Notes: a model not told the origin generated them from the sequence alone. Counted from the first letter of the stretch, positions 1 to 9,362 are shown. The stretch is 64,000 nucleotides of DNA from Bryobacteraceae bacterium (GCA_035714175.1 DASTML010000106.1:97045-161044), one strand, 5' to 3'. A program made the numbers and translations.

Positions 1-299
1 AGCAGCGGACGCAGGAGATCGGCATCCGCCTGGCGCTCGGCGCGGAGACAGGCGCCGTACGCCGCATGGTCATCTGGCAGGGCATGATCTTCGCACTGGC
101 CGGGGTCGGAATCGGCGCGGGCGCCGCCTTCGCCCTCGCCCGCTTCATCCGGACGTTTTTATATGGAGTAGAACCCTCTGACCCGCTGGTCTTCCTCACC
201 GTCCCGGTACTTCTGGCGCTCACCGCCCTGGCCGCCGTTTGGATTCCTGCCGTGCGCGCTACCCGCATCAACCCCATAGAAGCCCTGCGTTACGAGTAG
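1..299 (+). CDS. C-terminal fragment of a MacB/FtsX-type ABC permease (ADOP-like); the 5' end lies outside the window
   Basis: Frame +3 is open from base 3 to TAG 297-299. Translation ..QEIGIRLALGAETGAVRRMVIWQG..AVRATRINPIEALRYE has the same C-terminal pattern as the complete permease at 14620-17037 (..RRASRLDPLEALRHE). Confidence 0.85.
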   Translation, partial: QRTQEIGIRLALGAETGAVRRMVIWQGMIFALAGVGIGAGAAFALARFIRTFLYGVEPSDPLVFLTVPVLLALTALAAVWIPAVRATRINPIEALRYE

Positions 300-326
300 T
301 TCACGCTGCTCCGCCGGTGCTCCCAG

Positions 327-605
327 TCAGCGATTAGCCGGCAAACGGAGCACCGCCCGTCCGGCGGCGAATCCGCCCGCGTAGACTACGGCGTTGGCGA
401 GGATTGCCGCCGCCACACGAAACCAGTACGTCAACGGATCCCACTGGCCTACCCATCCGCCAATCAGGAGTGCGGTCGGCCAGAAAAGATGCGACAGTCC
501 CGTTAGCATCGGCCCATACCAGGATGTTTCGTAGATCAATGGGCTATACCAACCGGCGGCCAGCAAACTGGCCAAGAAGCCGCCGCACAGCCCCGCGCTA
601 CGCAT
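327..605 (-). CDS. small hydrophobic membrane protein, unknown family
   Basis: 92-aa ORF with about three hydrophobic helices (LCGGFLASLLAAGW, LFWPTALLIGGWV, AAAILANAVVYAGGFAA). Its ATG overlaps the stop of the upstream methyltransferase gene by 8 nt (598-605). Confidence 0.5.
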   Translation of the reverse strand: MRSAGLCGGFLASLLAAGWYSPLIYETSWYGPMLTGLSHLFWPTALLIGGWVGQWDPLTYWFRVAAAILANAVVYAGGFAAGRAVLRLPANR

Positions 606-1332
606 ACGGCCGCCGGAACAGAATCGTTATCCCTTCCGCCAACCGCCCCGGCAACAACGAGCACGCCAGGTTATACAAAGTCTTCTTCCGCCCAAAGTAG
701 TTCGACAGTTCGTAATCGACTACTTCCATCTCCGTCACGCCCGCCAGATACTGTAACTGTTCCAACGTATATTCGCAATAATGGCCCGGATTAGTGACAT
801 CATCGCGAATAATTTCGAATGGACTGCGCCCTGCGATCATTCCCAGCCGCCGCGCTAAATTCACAGGATTGGGCGTCTGTATCATCAGAATGCCTCCAGG
901 CCGCAGAAAACTCCGCAACATTCGCAGCAACCTCGTCGGCGGTACATAAAGGTGTTCAATCACCTCTGCCAGCACAATCATGTCAAACGAGTCCAGCCGG
1001 GGCCATGCAGACTCATCAAGGGCAAGATTCAGGTTGAACTGCGTATGCGCAACTCCATCTTTTTGCGGAAAACGCCTGTCATAAAATCCCAGTGTCGCCA
1101 GTTCCACATCCGGGAAAAGCCGGCCTAAAAGCGCCGTTTGGTGCGACATCCCTACGTCGAGCAACCGCAGCCGTTCGCCATCCCGAGGAACCTGCCCTGC
1201 CAGCACCCGGCCGACATATTGCATTAAATACCCGTACCGGCGGCGGTGGAAATCCAAATAACTGGCCGTATCGGCGTCCGGCGCGATCAATGTTTGAACC
1301 GCGTCCCATACGGCCTCCTCGGTGGGGGGCAT
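598..1332 (-). CDS. class I SAM-dependent methyltransferase
   Basis: Motifs LRLLDVGMSH, FDMIVLAEVIEHLY and LRPGGILMIQTPN are typical of Methyltransf_11/23-like enzymes. It is paralogous to the C-terminal half of the protein at 44718-46742. Confidence 0.85.
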   Translation of the reverse strand: MPPTEEAVWDAVQTLIAPDADTASYLDFHRRRYGYLMQYVGRVLAGQVPRDGERLRLLDVGMSHQTALLGRLFPDVELATLGFYDRRFPQKDGVAHTQFNLNLALDESAWPRLDSFDMIVLAEVIEHLYVPPTRLLRMLRSFLRPGGILMIQTPNPVNLARRLGMIAGRSPFEIIRDDVTNPGHYCEYTLEQLQYLAGVTEMEVVDYELSNYFGRKKTLYNLACSLLPGRLAEGITILFRRPYA

Positions 1333-1404
1333 CTTTTTGCATTGTAGCTGTTTTCTGCCGCCCTCTTCCCTGTGATAATAGGGGCGGTGCCAAAAATCCG
1401 TGAC

Positions 1405-1983
1405 ATGGAATTGCGCATGGTCCGGTTGGAACAGGAGTTACATCTCTTCCAACGGATTAGCCGCCTGATGGTCCGCGAAAATTCTTTGCAACAAGTCTTG
1501 CAAAGCATCGTTGCTCTGCTGGTCGAATACCTCCAGTGCGACTCCTGCATTATTTACCTGACCGATGGCGCCGAACTTGTCCTCTGCGCCTCCAACACAG
1601 CCCCCCTGTCCGCCATCGGGCGTGTCCGGCTCTCCACCGAGGAGGGCCTTACGGGCTGGGTAGCGCGCAACCGCCGTCTCGTAGCCCTTTCCCGCGACGC
1701 GTTTAACGACCCGCGGTTCAAATCGTTTTCCGAGCTGGAGGCCGATACCTATGAGGCCTTCCTTTCCGCCCCTGTCATCGCCCGGAATCGTGTGGTCGGC
1801 GTCATCAACGTCCAACACCGCGAGCCGCACTCCTATACCGGCGATCAAATGGAACTTCTCACCACCGTTGGCGAACAGGTCGGCTGCCTGCTCCTGTTGG
1901 CCCGCCTGGATCGGGAGGCGTTGGATCGTACCGTCTCCATTGAACAGATCCTCGGCGGGGGGGTCCTCGCCGGTTCGGTATAA
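1405..1983 (+). CDS. GAF domain protein
   Basis: GAF-like core: DSCIIYLTDGAELVLCAS, EGLTGWVARNRRLVAL, FLSAPVIARNRVVGVINVQH. ATG 1405 is chosen; the in-frame GTG at 1372 is an alternative start. Confidence 0.8.
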   Translation: MELRMVRLEQELHLFQRISRLMVRENSLQQVLQSIVALLVEYLQCDSCIIYLTDGAELVLCASNTAPLSAIGRVRLSTEEGLTGWVARNRRLVALSRDAFNDPRFKSFSELEADTYEAFLSAPVIARNRVVGVINVQHREPHSYTGDQMELLTTVGEQVGCLLLLARLDREALDRTVSIEQILGGGVLAGSV

Positions 1984-1993
1984 ACTTGCCCTC

Positions 1994-3097
1994 ATGCGCC
2001 TCGCCGCACTTGCCTTGCTGCTCGTTCTTCCCGCCGCGGCGGGAAAATGGAATGTCGCCTATCAATACGATGTGGACGAGGCGGGGCTGTTCCTGCGGGA
2101 CGCCGTCTTCCCCACGCCCCAGCGCGGCATCGCTATCGGCGTACTGACGGAAAAAGGTCGCCAACGGGCCATCTCCGTCGTCTCGTCGAATGGCGGCAAG
2201 TCCTGGGAACAGGTACGTCTGAAAGAAGAGCCCACAGCCATCACCTGTTTCGACGGCGATCTCTGCTGGCTCGCCACGGAAAAGGGCATCTGGCGCAGTG
2301 AAGAGGGCGGCCGTGACTGGAAGAAAATCTCCAACCTCAAAGGCGTCCTGACGCTTCAGTTCACCTCCACCACTGAAGGCTGGGCCTCTGGAGTCGAAAA
2401 GTCTGTCTGGCAGACCACCGACGCCGGAAAAACGTGGACACTCCTCCCCATCCTCAAAGACGTGAAGGCCACTCCAGCCAACGCCGCCTTCCCGGTCATG
2501 GCTTTTCGCGGCCAGTTAGGCCTCATCGGCGGCAATAGCCGTCCCCCGCGGAAGGACCATTCCCACTTCCCTGACTGGATGATCCCCGAAGAGGTCGCCA
2601 AGAGAAAGGAGTGGCCCTCCATGATGATCCTGCTGGAAACCCGCGATGCCGGAAAAACATGGTCCCAGAATACGAACTCCGTCTTTGGCAATCTTTCAGC
2701 CATCCGTATGCATCCCGACGGGCGGGGCGCCCTGGCGCTGCTTGAGTACTTCCACACCTTCCAGACCCCCTCCGAGGTCATTTCCATCAACTTCCGGAAT
2801 GGCCGTAGCGAGTCGATCTTCCGCGATAAAACCACCGCCATTACCGACATTTGGAGCGGTCCGGACAACGCGGTGCTCCTGGCCGGCGCCGAGGCGCCGG
2901 GTCTACGGACCCTCCCCATCCCCCAGCGCCCCGTGTTCCTCGAGACCACCATCGCCGCCGGGAGCACGGGGCTTTTGTGGACACGAATCCCTGTCGACTA
3001 CCGCGTAACCGCCCGCCGCATCCGGATTGCCGCCGCGCCGGACGGGCAACTCTGGGCCGTCACCGACACCGGATTCATCCTCCGCTACGACAAATAG
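1994..3097 (+). CDS. secreted BNR/Asp-box repeat beta-propeller protein (Ycf48 / photosystem-II-stability-factor-like)
   Basis: Signal peptide MRLAALALLLVLPAAAG. Four Asp-box motifs: SNGGKSW, EGGRDW, TDAGKTW, RDAGKTW. The track ORF starts at 1751 but overlaps the GAF gene, so ATG 1994 (11 nt after the GAF stop) is chosen. Confidence 0.75.
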   Translation: MRLAALALLLVLPAAAGKWNVAYQYDVDEAGLFLRDAVFPTPQRGIAIGVLTEKGRQRAISVVSSNGGKSWEQVRLKEEPTAITCFDGDLCWLATEKGIWRSEEGGRDWKKISNLKGVLTLQFTSTTEGWASGVEKSVWQTTDAGKTWTLLPILKDVKATPANAAFPVMAFRGQLGLIGGNSRPPRKDHSHFPDWMIPEEVAKRKEWPSMMILLETRDAGKTWSQNTNSVFGNLSAIRMHPDGRGALALLEYFHTFQTPSEVISINFRNGRSESIFRDKTTAITDIWSGPDNAVLLAGAEAPGLRTLPIPQRPVFLETTIAAGSTGLLWTRIPVDYRVTARRIRIAAAPDGQLWAVTDTGFILRYDK

Positions 3098-3222
3098 CGC
3101 GCAAAAGTCACAGGCTAGGAATCCGGCGTGTCACATTTTGGCGATGCCGCATCCGCTGTTGATTCGGGCTACGGGCGTTTGCGCCGCCTTCGAGATCAGG
3201 ATTGGCAAACGGAACGGGATCA

Positions 3223-3252
3223 GCGCAAAGTTGCTCTTATTTGCGCGTTTTT
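3223..3252 (+). terminator. possible intrinsic terminator for the GAF/BNR operon
   Basis: GCGCAAA (3223-3229) pairs with TTTGCGC (3240-3246) around a 10-nt loop, followed by GTTTTT (3247-3252). The stem is weak, and the element overlaps the stop-codon region of the convergent kinase gene. Confidence 0.3.
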
Positions 3253-5756
3253 GCATCCAAAAGTGCACTTTCGGCGCGCATTTCGCGCGCTTTTTCGTGC
3301 TCTTTTACAGCCTCGTAGGCGTCTGCGAGGTCACTCCGGGCCGATTGCAGGAAACTCACGGACGGCGTCGCCTGTGCCTTCAGAATGCCGTATCCGGCTC
3401 CAGATTCGATAATCGCATCCCGGTATCGCTTCTGGCGTAGCAGCGTCCGGCCTAGTTTGATCCGCGCGATTCCGGTGTTCAGATGGCCGGGCGGTAACGT
3501 GCTGTGGAACATGGCAACGGCCGCCCGAAAGATCTTTTCCGCCTTCGGATAGTCCTTCTCCGCCATGTAGACACTCGCCAAGTTGGAGAGCGCGGTACCG
3601 ATCAGGTAATGTTTGCCGTTATATACGGCGCGGTAGATTTGTTCAATGCGGGCGAAAGCGTCGCGGGCCTCCGGGTACCGGCCACGCATGAGCGCCACGT
3701 TACCCAATTCGTTTACCGCCGAGGCAACGCGCGGATGTTGTTGACCGTAAACGGCTTCCTGAATTCTGACCGCCCGATGCAGCAACTCCTCCGCCTCCTC
3801 GTACCGCTTCTGAAAAACCAAGGCGCGAGCCACCATCGTGATATTGGAGGCTGTCCGGGTGTGATTTTCTCCGAAAAACGCCCGGGTAATTTGGAGCGCC
3901 TCACGATGGTACTTCTCGGCCTCGGGGTACCGCCCGGAGTCCTGGTGAATGGCGCCCAGGTTGACCAGCGCCTCGGCCACCTTCGGGTGGCCGAGGCCAT
4001 AGATTTTGCGGGTCATTTCGAGGACTCGGCGATTGAGTTCCCCGGACTCCTGATAGCGGCCAGTGTAAAAATAGACGTTCGCGAGTTCGTAGAGGCTGGC
4101 GGCGAGGTCGGCGGGGTCGGCGCCGGGGAGGGAGCGGAGGCGCACGGCTTCCTGCAAAACAGGGATGGCTTCGTCGTAAGCCCCTTTTTCTTCTAAGACA
4201 TGGCCGAGGGCATCGGCGGCGGCGGCCACGGCCGGATGGCCGGTGGGGAGATCCTGCTGGATGCAGGCCAACCCTTCGCGAACGAGACGTTCCGCGTCTT
4301 CCAGGCGCGCCTGGTCCGCGCGGAGGAGTCCAATGGCGACCAGATTTTCGCCGGTTTGGCGTCCAGAACGGCGGTCGAGCGCGAGATGGAGCAGCGAGTC
4401 GGCCTGCTCCAAGTGGCCCATTTTGTGATAGATATCGCCGAGCGTCTGGTAGAACTCGGCCTGGACGGCCGGGTCCGGGTCAAGCGCCTTCGCCTCCTGG
4501 ACGCCGCGTTCGATGAGGGTGGAGACCTTGAGGTCCTGGGCTGGGCCGGCGTCCTTGTCGCCTCCCAGGAAGAGGTTCTGGACAAATCGTTGGATGCGCT
4601 GCGTGCGGGCGGCCTCGGCGAGGGCGGCGTTGCGCTCCCTGGCCAACCGGACGGTGAAATAGACCGTCACCCCTCCGAGGAGGAGCGCGAAAGCCGCCGC
4701 GACGGCCACGGCACGGCGGCGGCGGCGCAGAAATTTGCCGAAGCGGTAGCGAAAAGTATCGGGAAGAGCTTCCAACGGCTCGCCGTTGAGGTAGTGCTCC
4801 ACGTCACGGGTGAGCGCTTCGGCGGAACCGTAACGCTTGGCCACGTCCGGATGCCTAGCGGTTGCGCAGAGCACGTCCAGGTCGGGGGGATGGAGCGGGG
4901 CCGGATGGCTGCCCGGTCTGGCTCCCGTAAGAAGCTCATACAAAATGACGCCCAAAGAGTAGACGTCGTCATGCATGGCGGCGGGCTCACCGCGGAGCTG
5001 TTCGGGAGAGGCGTAGGCAGGGGTAAGGAGTTGCAACCCGGTCCGGGTCCGGCCGTCGGACTCATCGAGGGAGTCGAGCTGTTTGGCGATACCGAAATCG
5101 AGGAGTTTGACTTCGCCGCCGTCGCGGACGAGGATGTTGGACGGTTTGAGATCGCGGTGAATAACGGCGTGACGGTGCGCGAATTGGACGGCGCGGCAGA
5201 CAGAGAGAAACAGGTGGATCCGTTCCCTGGGCGAGAGAGCCTTCTCGACGGCGTATTGGACGAGAGGCACGCCGTCGACAAACTCCATGACGAAGAATGG
5301 CGTGCCGTCCGGCGTTGTCCCGGCGTCGAGCAGACGAGCGATGTGGGGGTGATCGAGACCGGCGAGCGTGCGCTGTTCCGCAGCAAAACGACGCCGGCGT
5401 TCGGGCGAGATCCATGCGTCGCGCAACACCTTTATGGCGGCGACAGCGCCGATGTCGTCCCGGCGTCCGAGGAATACCGTCCCCATACCGCCTTCGCCGA
5501 CGACGCGCTCCAGGCGGTAGGCGCCCACCTCCCGCCAACGCGGAGGTTCGGATACGATCCCGGCGGCGACGCCGGGCATCCCCCGGCGGAGGAGGGGTTG
5601 GGTGTTTCCCTCCACCTGGAGGAGCGAATAGACTTCCGCGTACAGCCCGCGGTCCTCGCCGCAGGCTTGCGCAAGCGCGACTTCCCGTTCCGGCGCAGGT
5701 AGATCCGCGACGGCGTGAAAGAGTTCCTGCACGCGTTCCCAACGTTGGGGGTCCAT
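3237..5756 (-). CDS. Ser/Thr protein kinase with a transmembrane segment and C-terminal TPR repeats
   Basis: Hanks kinase motifs GEGGMGTVF, AIKVL, HRDLKPSNIL, DFGIAK and SPEQ. A TM helix (AVAVAAAFALLLGGVTVYF) is followed by many TPR-like repeats (..YELANVYFYTGRY.., ..NLGAIHQDSGRY..). ATG 5756 (MDPQRWERVQELF) is preferred over the track start at 5879. Confidence 0.9.
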   Translation of the reverse strand: MDPQRWERVQELFHAVADLPAPEREVALAQACGEDRGLYAEVYSLLQVEGNTQPLLRRGMPGVAAGIVSEPPRWREVGAYRLERVVGEGGMGTVFLGRRDDIGAVAAIKVLRDAWISPERRRRFAAEQRTLAGLDHPHIARLLDAGTTPDGTPFFVMEFVDGVPLVQYAVEKALSPRERIHLFLSVCRAVQFAHRHAVIHRDLKPSNILVRDGGEVKLLDFGIAKQLDSLDESDGRTRTGLQLLTPAYASPEQLRGEPAAMHDDVYSLGVILYELLTGARPGSHPAPLHPPDLDVLCATARHPDVAKRYGSAEALTRDVEHYLNGEPLEALPDTFRYRFGKFLRRRRRAVAVAAAFALLLGGVTVYFTVRLARERNAALAEAARTQRIQRFVQNLFLGGDKDAGPAQDLKVSTLIERGVQEAKALDPDPAVQAEFYQTLGDIYHKMGHLEQADSLLHLALDRRSGRQTGENLVAIGLLRADQARLEDAERLVREGLACIQQDLPTGHPAVAAAADALGHVLEEKGAYDEAIPVLQEAVRLRSLPGADPADLAASLYELANVYFYTGRYQESGELNRRVLEMTRKIYGLGHPKVAEALVNLGAIHQDSGRYPEAEKYHREALQITRAFFGENHTRTASNITMVARALVFQKRYEEAEELLHRAVRIQEAVYGQQHPRVASAVNELGNVALMRGRYPEARDAFARIEQIYRAVYNGKHYLIGTALSNLASVYMAEKDYPKAEKIFRAAVAMFHSTLPPGHLNTGIARIKLGRTLLRQKRYRDAIIESGAGYGILKAQATPSVSFLQSARSDLADAYEAVKEHEKAREMRAESALLDAKTRK

Positions 5757-5815
5757 GGTAACTTTTGACCCGGTCCACGGTCTCCAGGTTGCTGTAAGGA
5801 GCAGTGTAGCAGGCT

Positions 5816-5840
5816 GTGATTTAATTATCACCTGTTGACA
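5816..5840 (+). promoter_or_regulatory. candidate ArsR-type operator (GTGAT-N6-ATCAC) abutting a TTGACA -35-like hexamer
   Basis: GTGAT 5816-5820 and ATCAC 5827-5831 form 5-bp inverted arms. TTGACA lies at 5835-5840, about 30 nt upstream of the VOC-ArsR-SRPBCC operon start (5871). No convincing -10 hexamer at canonical spacing. Confidence 0.25.
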
Positions 5841-5870
5841 ATCGTATTGTTTTTGGTTAACTATATCCCC

Positions 5871-6323
5871 ATGACACAACTACCTAAAGGCTGGCCGCGG
5901 ATCTCGTCCGGGATCTTCTATGAAGACGCGGGTAAGGCGATTGACTGGCTGTGTGAGGCATTCGGCTTTGAGGTCCGGCTCCGCATTGAAGGGGAGGGCG
6001 GGCGAATCGAACATAGTGAACTGACGTACGGGGATGGACTGGTGATGGTGGGTACGTGCGGGCCCAAGCCAGGCCGGGAGAAAGCTCCGGCGTTTTTGAG
6101 TCCGCGAACGGCCAAAGGGAATACCCAGTCCCTGTTGGTGTTCGTCGATGATGTGGATGCGCATTGCGCGCGATCCCGGGCAGCGGGGGCAGCCATTGTG
6201 GACGAGCCCACGGTCCATGACTATGGGGAAGACTATTGGGCGGACAGGACCTACGCGGCAACGGACCTGGAAGGCCACCTGTGGTGGTTCACCCAGCGCG
6301 TGAGAGACCAGCGGGAGAGCTAG
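5871..6323 (+). CDS. VOC (glyoxalase/bleomycin-resistance/PhnB-like) family protein
   Basis: ISSGIFYEDAGKAIDWLCEAFGFEV..GRIEHSELTYGDGLVMVG..DDVDAHCARSRAAGAAIVDEP..DLEGHLWWF is the typical paired beta-alpha-beta-beta-beta VOC pattern. ATG 5871 is chosen. Confidence 0.8.
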   Translation: MTQLPKGWPRISSGIFYEDAGKAIDWLCEAFGFEVRLRIEGEGGRIEHSELTYGDGLVMVGTCGPKPGREKAPAFLSPRTAKGNTQSLLVFVDDVDAHCARSRAAGAAIVDEPTVHDYGEDYWADRTYAATDLEGHLWWFTQRVRDQRES

Positions 6324-6653
6324 ATGGTACAGGCAACGTTGACGGCTCTTGCCGATGATACCCGGCGGTCCGTGGTGGACCTGTTGCGGCACGAACCACG
6401 GCGGGCGAGCGACTTGGCGGCCGAGTTGTCGATTACGCCTCAGGCCATGAGCCGTCATTTGCGCGTGCTGCGGAAGAGCGGCGTAATCCGGGAAGAGGGG
6501 ATCGAGGAAGATGCGCGCGTGCGGATGTACCAGTTGTGTCCGGAACCGTTTCGCGAGTTGCGAGGCTGGCTGGACGAAGTGGAGTCCTATTGGGTGACAG
6601 AGTTGGATGCGTTCCGGGAGCACGTTGAGAAACGCCGGGGGAAACGCGGGTGA
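6324..6653 (+). CDS. ArsR/SmtB family transcriptional regulator
   Basis: LADDTRRSVVDLLRHEPRRASDLAAELSITPQAMSRHLRVLRKSGVI is the winged-HTH signature. Its start abuts the VOC stop. Confidence 0.9.
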   Translation: MVQATLTALADDTRRSVVDLLRHEPRRASDLAAELSITPQAMSRHLRVLRKSGVIREEGIEEDARVRMYQLCPEPFRELRGWLDEVESYWVTELDAFREHVEKRRGKRG

Positions 6654-7123
6654 CGGACCGGGTTCGGGTGAGCGTGACGGTGCCGGCGGACCCGGCGACC
6701 GCGTTTGCGCTTTTCACGGAGGAGACAGACCTCTGGTGGCGGCGCGGCCCCCGGTTTCGCGCTTCCGGGCGGACGCCGGGCGTTCTTTCTTTTTCTCCGG
6801 GCGTGGGCGGGGCATTGTCCGAGACGTTCGAAGCCGCGGACGGGCCGCGGACGGTGGTGACGGGGACAATTACGCATTGGGAGCCACCGGACCATTTTCG
6901 ATTCGAGTGGCGGGCCATCAACTTTGCGCCAGGGGAAAGCACGACCGTCGATGTCCGGTTTGAGGCAACGCAGGGCGGAACAAGGGTGACGGTGGAACAT
7001 TCGGGCTGGTCCTCACTGCGGGCCGATCATCCGGTACGACATGGCAAGGACACGGGGGCGTTTTTGCGAACGATGGGCCTGTGGTGGGGAGAGTTGCTGA
7101 CTTCGCTACGGGAGAGGGCATAG
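6650..7123 (+). CDS. SRPBCC (AHSA1/START-like) domain protein
   Basis: The GTG start overlaps the ArsR stop (GTGA, 6650-6653). VTVPADPATAFALFTEETDLWW.. and the ~155-aa length fit the ArsR-associated SRPBCC partner usually found in this operon type. Confidence 0.8.
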   Translation: MTDRVRVSVTVPADPATAFALFTEETDLWWRRGPRFRASGRTPGVLSFSPGVGGALSETFEAADGPRTVVTGTITHWEPPDHFRFEWRAINFAPGESTTVDVRFEATQGGTRVTVEHSGWSSLRADHPVRHGKDTGAFLRTMGLWWGELLTSLRERA

Positions 7124-7292
7124 CCGAGGTACCGGTTTCGAGGCGCCAGGGTATCGTAATTCCATTTCGTTCCACTACAGCCAGCATCGCCCGTTGGACG
7201 CGCGCGGGCATTCGCCCCCACCGGGCGCGTTTGGCCACATTCCGGTGGCGGGAGGGAGAGGGGTCCGGCAGACTGGGAGCAACTGTACCCCG

Positions 7293-7337
7293 CGCTCCCT
7301 GCCGAGACCCTTCCCAACAGAATCTTCGCAGGGAGCG
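7293..7337. repeat. 10-bp GC-rich inverted repeat (stem-loop) inside a 337-bp non-coding gap
   Basis: CGCTCCCTGC (7293-7302) is the exact reverse complement of GCAGGGAGCG (7328-7337), with a 25-nt loop and no T-tract after it. Confidence 0.3.
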
Positions 7338-7460
7338 TACTTCACAGCCCTCCCTCTCCATGAAGCGCGACGCTATTCGTGCCACTATTGCGTGTAGGCG
7401 CAGGCGCGGACGTATGGCTTCCCATAGCCGTGTTCGACAGGCCGGCGGGCAGGGCATAAC

Positions 7461-8585
7461 ATGAGCCAGCGATTCTGGACCATTTTCCTTCTCTGGACGC
7501 TGTACGGCGTGTTCAACACGATCGTGGTGCATTTCCGCGCCATTCTGTACGACAAGCCGATGAGTTGGCCGGAATGCGCGATGTACGAGGTTTCCTTCGC
7601 CTGGATCTGGGCCGCCGTCACGCCGGTGGTTCTCTGGCTCAGCCTACGGTTTCCGTTGGGCCGCGGACAGAGCAAACGGAATGCCCTGGTGCATGTATTG
7701 GGGGCCGTTACCATGGCCGTGTTGACGAAAACCGTGTGGGACTTCACTGCCCTGCCCTTTGTCGCGCCCTCGCTGGTGCCGGTGGATATTCCGTCGTTTC
7801 AACGCTCGGTCATCCGCGCGCTGGACTTCGGAACGCTGCACTATCTGATGGTGCTGGTGTGCCACCACGCGGTGGAGTACTACCGGAAATACGAAGACGG
7901 GCGGCTGCGCGCTTCCCAGTTGGAGGCGAAGCTGGCGACGGCGCAACTGCACGCGCTCAAAATGCAATTGCATCCTCATTTTCTGTTCAACACGCTGCAC
8001 TCGATCTCCGAACTGGTGCATGCGGATCCGGCGCGGGCCGAGTCAATGATAGTGCGGTTGAGCGACTTTCTGCGGCTGACGCTGGACCATGTGGGGATAC
8101 CGGAGGTTCCGGTGTCGGAAGAGATCGATTTTCTACGGCGGTACCTGGAGATTGAGCAGATGCGTTTTGAAGACCGGTTGACAGTGGAATGGGACATTGA
8201 TCCGGCCACGCTGGTTTCCCGCGTCCCCAACCTAATCCTGCAACCGATTGTAGAGAACGCACTGAAACATGGCATCTCCCGAAACACGACGCGCGGCGTG
8301 CTTCGCATTTCGTGCAAGCAAGAAGAGGGAAAGCTTGCCTTCACGATCTATGACAACGGACCGGGCCCGCAACGGACAGCGACGCCGGATGCCACGCCAT
8401 TGCGCGAGGGCGTGGGATTGAACAACACGCGCAGCCGGTTGGAACGGCTGTATGGGGCCGACCACCATATCGGCTTCCGGCAGGCGCCGGAGGGAGGCTT
8501 TCTGGTGAGCATACACATACCGATGCGGCGGTCGCCGGTCTATCCAGTGACGGCGGAGGCCGTGGCGACCGCCACGGGCGATTGA
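7461..8585 (+). CDS. LytS/YehU-type sensor histidine kinase
   Basis: N-terminal TM helices, then LKMQLHPHFLFNTLHSI (His_kinase/LytS signature) and an HATPase region (QPIVENALKHG..DNGPG..GVGLNNTRSRLERLYG). Confidence 0.9.
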   Translation: MSQRFWTIFLLWTLYGVFNTIVVHFRAILYDKPMSWPECAMYEVSFAWIWAAVTPVVLWLSLRFPLGRGQSKRNALVHVLGAVTMAVLTKTVWDFTALPFVAPSLVPVDIPSFQRSVIRALDFGTLHYLMVLVCHHAVEYYRKYEDGRLRASQLEAKLATAQLHALKMQLHPHFLFNTLHSISELVHADPARAESMIVRLSDFLRLTLDHVGIPEVPVSEEIDFLRRYLEIEQMRFEDRLTVEWDIDPATLVSRVPNLILQPIVENALKHGISRNTTRGVLRISCKQEEGKLAFTIYDNGPGPQRTATPDATPLREGVGLNNTRSRLERLYGADHHIGFRQAPEGGFLVSIHIPMRRSPVYPVTAEAVATATGD

Positions 8586-8602
8586 GAGCCCCACGTACAC
8601 TT

Positions 8603-9355
8603 ATGATTCGTACTGTCATCATTGACGATGAGCGCCTGGCGAGGCAACGCATTCGCCGGATGTTGGCCGAGACGGACGGATTCACGGTTGCCGCCGAATT
8701 TGAGAATCCGGAGGAGGGCCTGCGGTACCTGGAGGAGAACCAGACCGACCTTTTGTTTCTGGATGTACAGATGCCGGGGATGGATGGATTTGGCCTGCTG
8801 GAAGCGTTGGCGGCCGAACGGACTCCGACTGTGGTTTTTGTGACGGCGTACGACGAGTATGCCTTGCGGGCGTTTGAAGTCTACGCATTTGACTACCTCC
8901 TCAAACCGTTTGACCAGGCTCGTTTTGGGAAGACTCTGGAACGGGTGCGCAAGCAATTAGGGGCGGGAGACAGGAACAGCGAGCGGCTGATTCACCTATT
9001 GAACGAGTTCCGGCAGAGAAACCAGGAACCCGTGCGGTTTGCGATCAAAACGCCGGGGCGTCTGTATTTTGTGCGGCAGGACGAGATTGACTGGATGGAA
9101 GCGGCGGACAACTATGTGAATCTCCACGTGGGGACAGAGACGCATCTGATCCGGGAGACGATGAATGCGTTGGAACAACGGCTGGACTCCCACCGCTTTC
9201 TCCGGATTCACCGCTCCACGATTGTGAATGCGGACCGGATTAAGGAACTGCGCCCTTGGTTCCATGGGGAATATGTGGTGCTGCTGAAAGACGGTACCGA
9301 ACTCACGCTGAGCCGGACTTACCGCGAGAAGATCCTGGCCTTGCTGGGCAACTGA
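8603..9355 (+). CDS. LytR/AlgR (LytTR) family response regulator
   Basis: Receiver domain MIRTVIIDDE..DLLFLDVQMPGMDG.., then a LytTR DNA-binding domain (..YFVRQDEIDWMEAADNYVNLH..FLRIHRSTIVN). ATG 8603 is chosen; TTG 8582 would overlap the kinase stop. Confidence 0.9.
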   Translation: MIRTVIIDDERLARQRIRRMLAETDGFTVAAEFENPEEGLRYLEENQTDLLFLDVQMPGMDGFGLLEALAAERTPTVVFVTAYDEYALRAFEVYAFDYLLKPFDQARFGKTLERVRKQLGAGDRNSERLIHLLNEFRQRNQEPVRFAIKTPGRLYFVRQDEIDWMEAADNYVNLHVGTETHLIRETMNALEQRLDSHRFLRIHRSTIVNADRIKELRPWFHGEYVVLLKDGTELTLSRTYREKILALLGN

Positions 9356-9362
9356 AACCGTC

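Noticed and set aside
4200-5702. 500-aa plus-strand ORF antisense to the Ser/Thr kinase gene
   Set aside because: It has no motifs and a Gly/Arg/Glu-rich composition, while the opposite strand carries unmistakable Hanks kinase and TPR motifs.
7251-7359. GGAGGGAGAGGGG (7251-7263) and CCCTCCCTCTCC (7348-7359) looked like an inverted repeat
   Set aside because: They are complementary without reversal (a mirror-type relation), so they cannot form a canonical antiparallel hairpin.
6918-7532. 204-aa minus-strand ORF that would fill the 7124-7460 gap
   Set aside because: It is Arg/Pro/Ser-rich with no motifs, and it overlaps the ends of both flanking, well-supported genes. I treat it as non-coding, with moderate certainty only.
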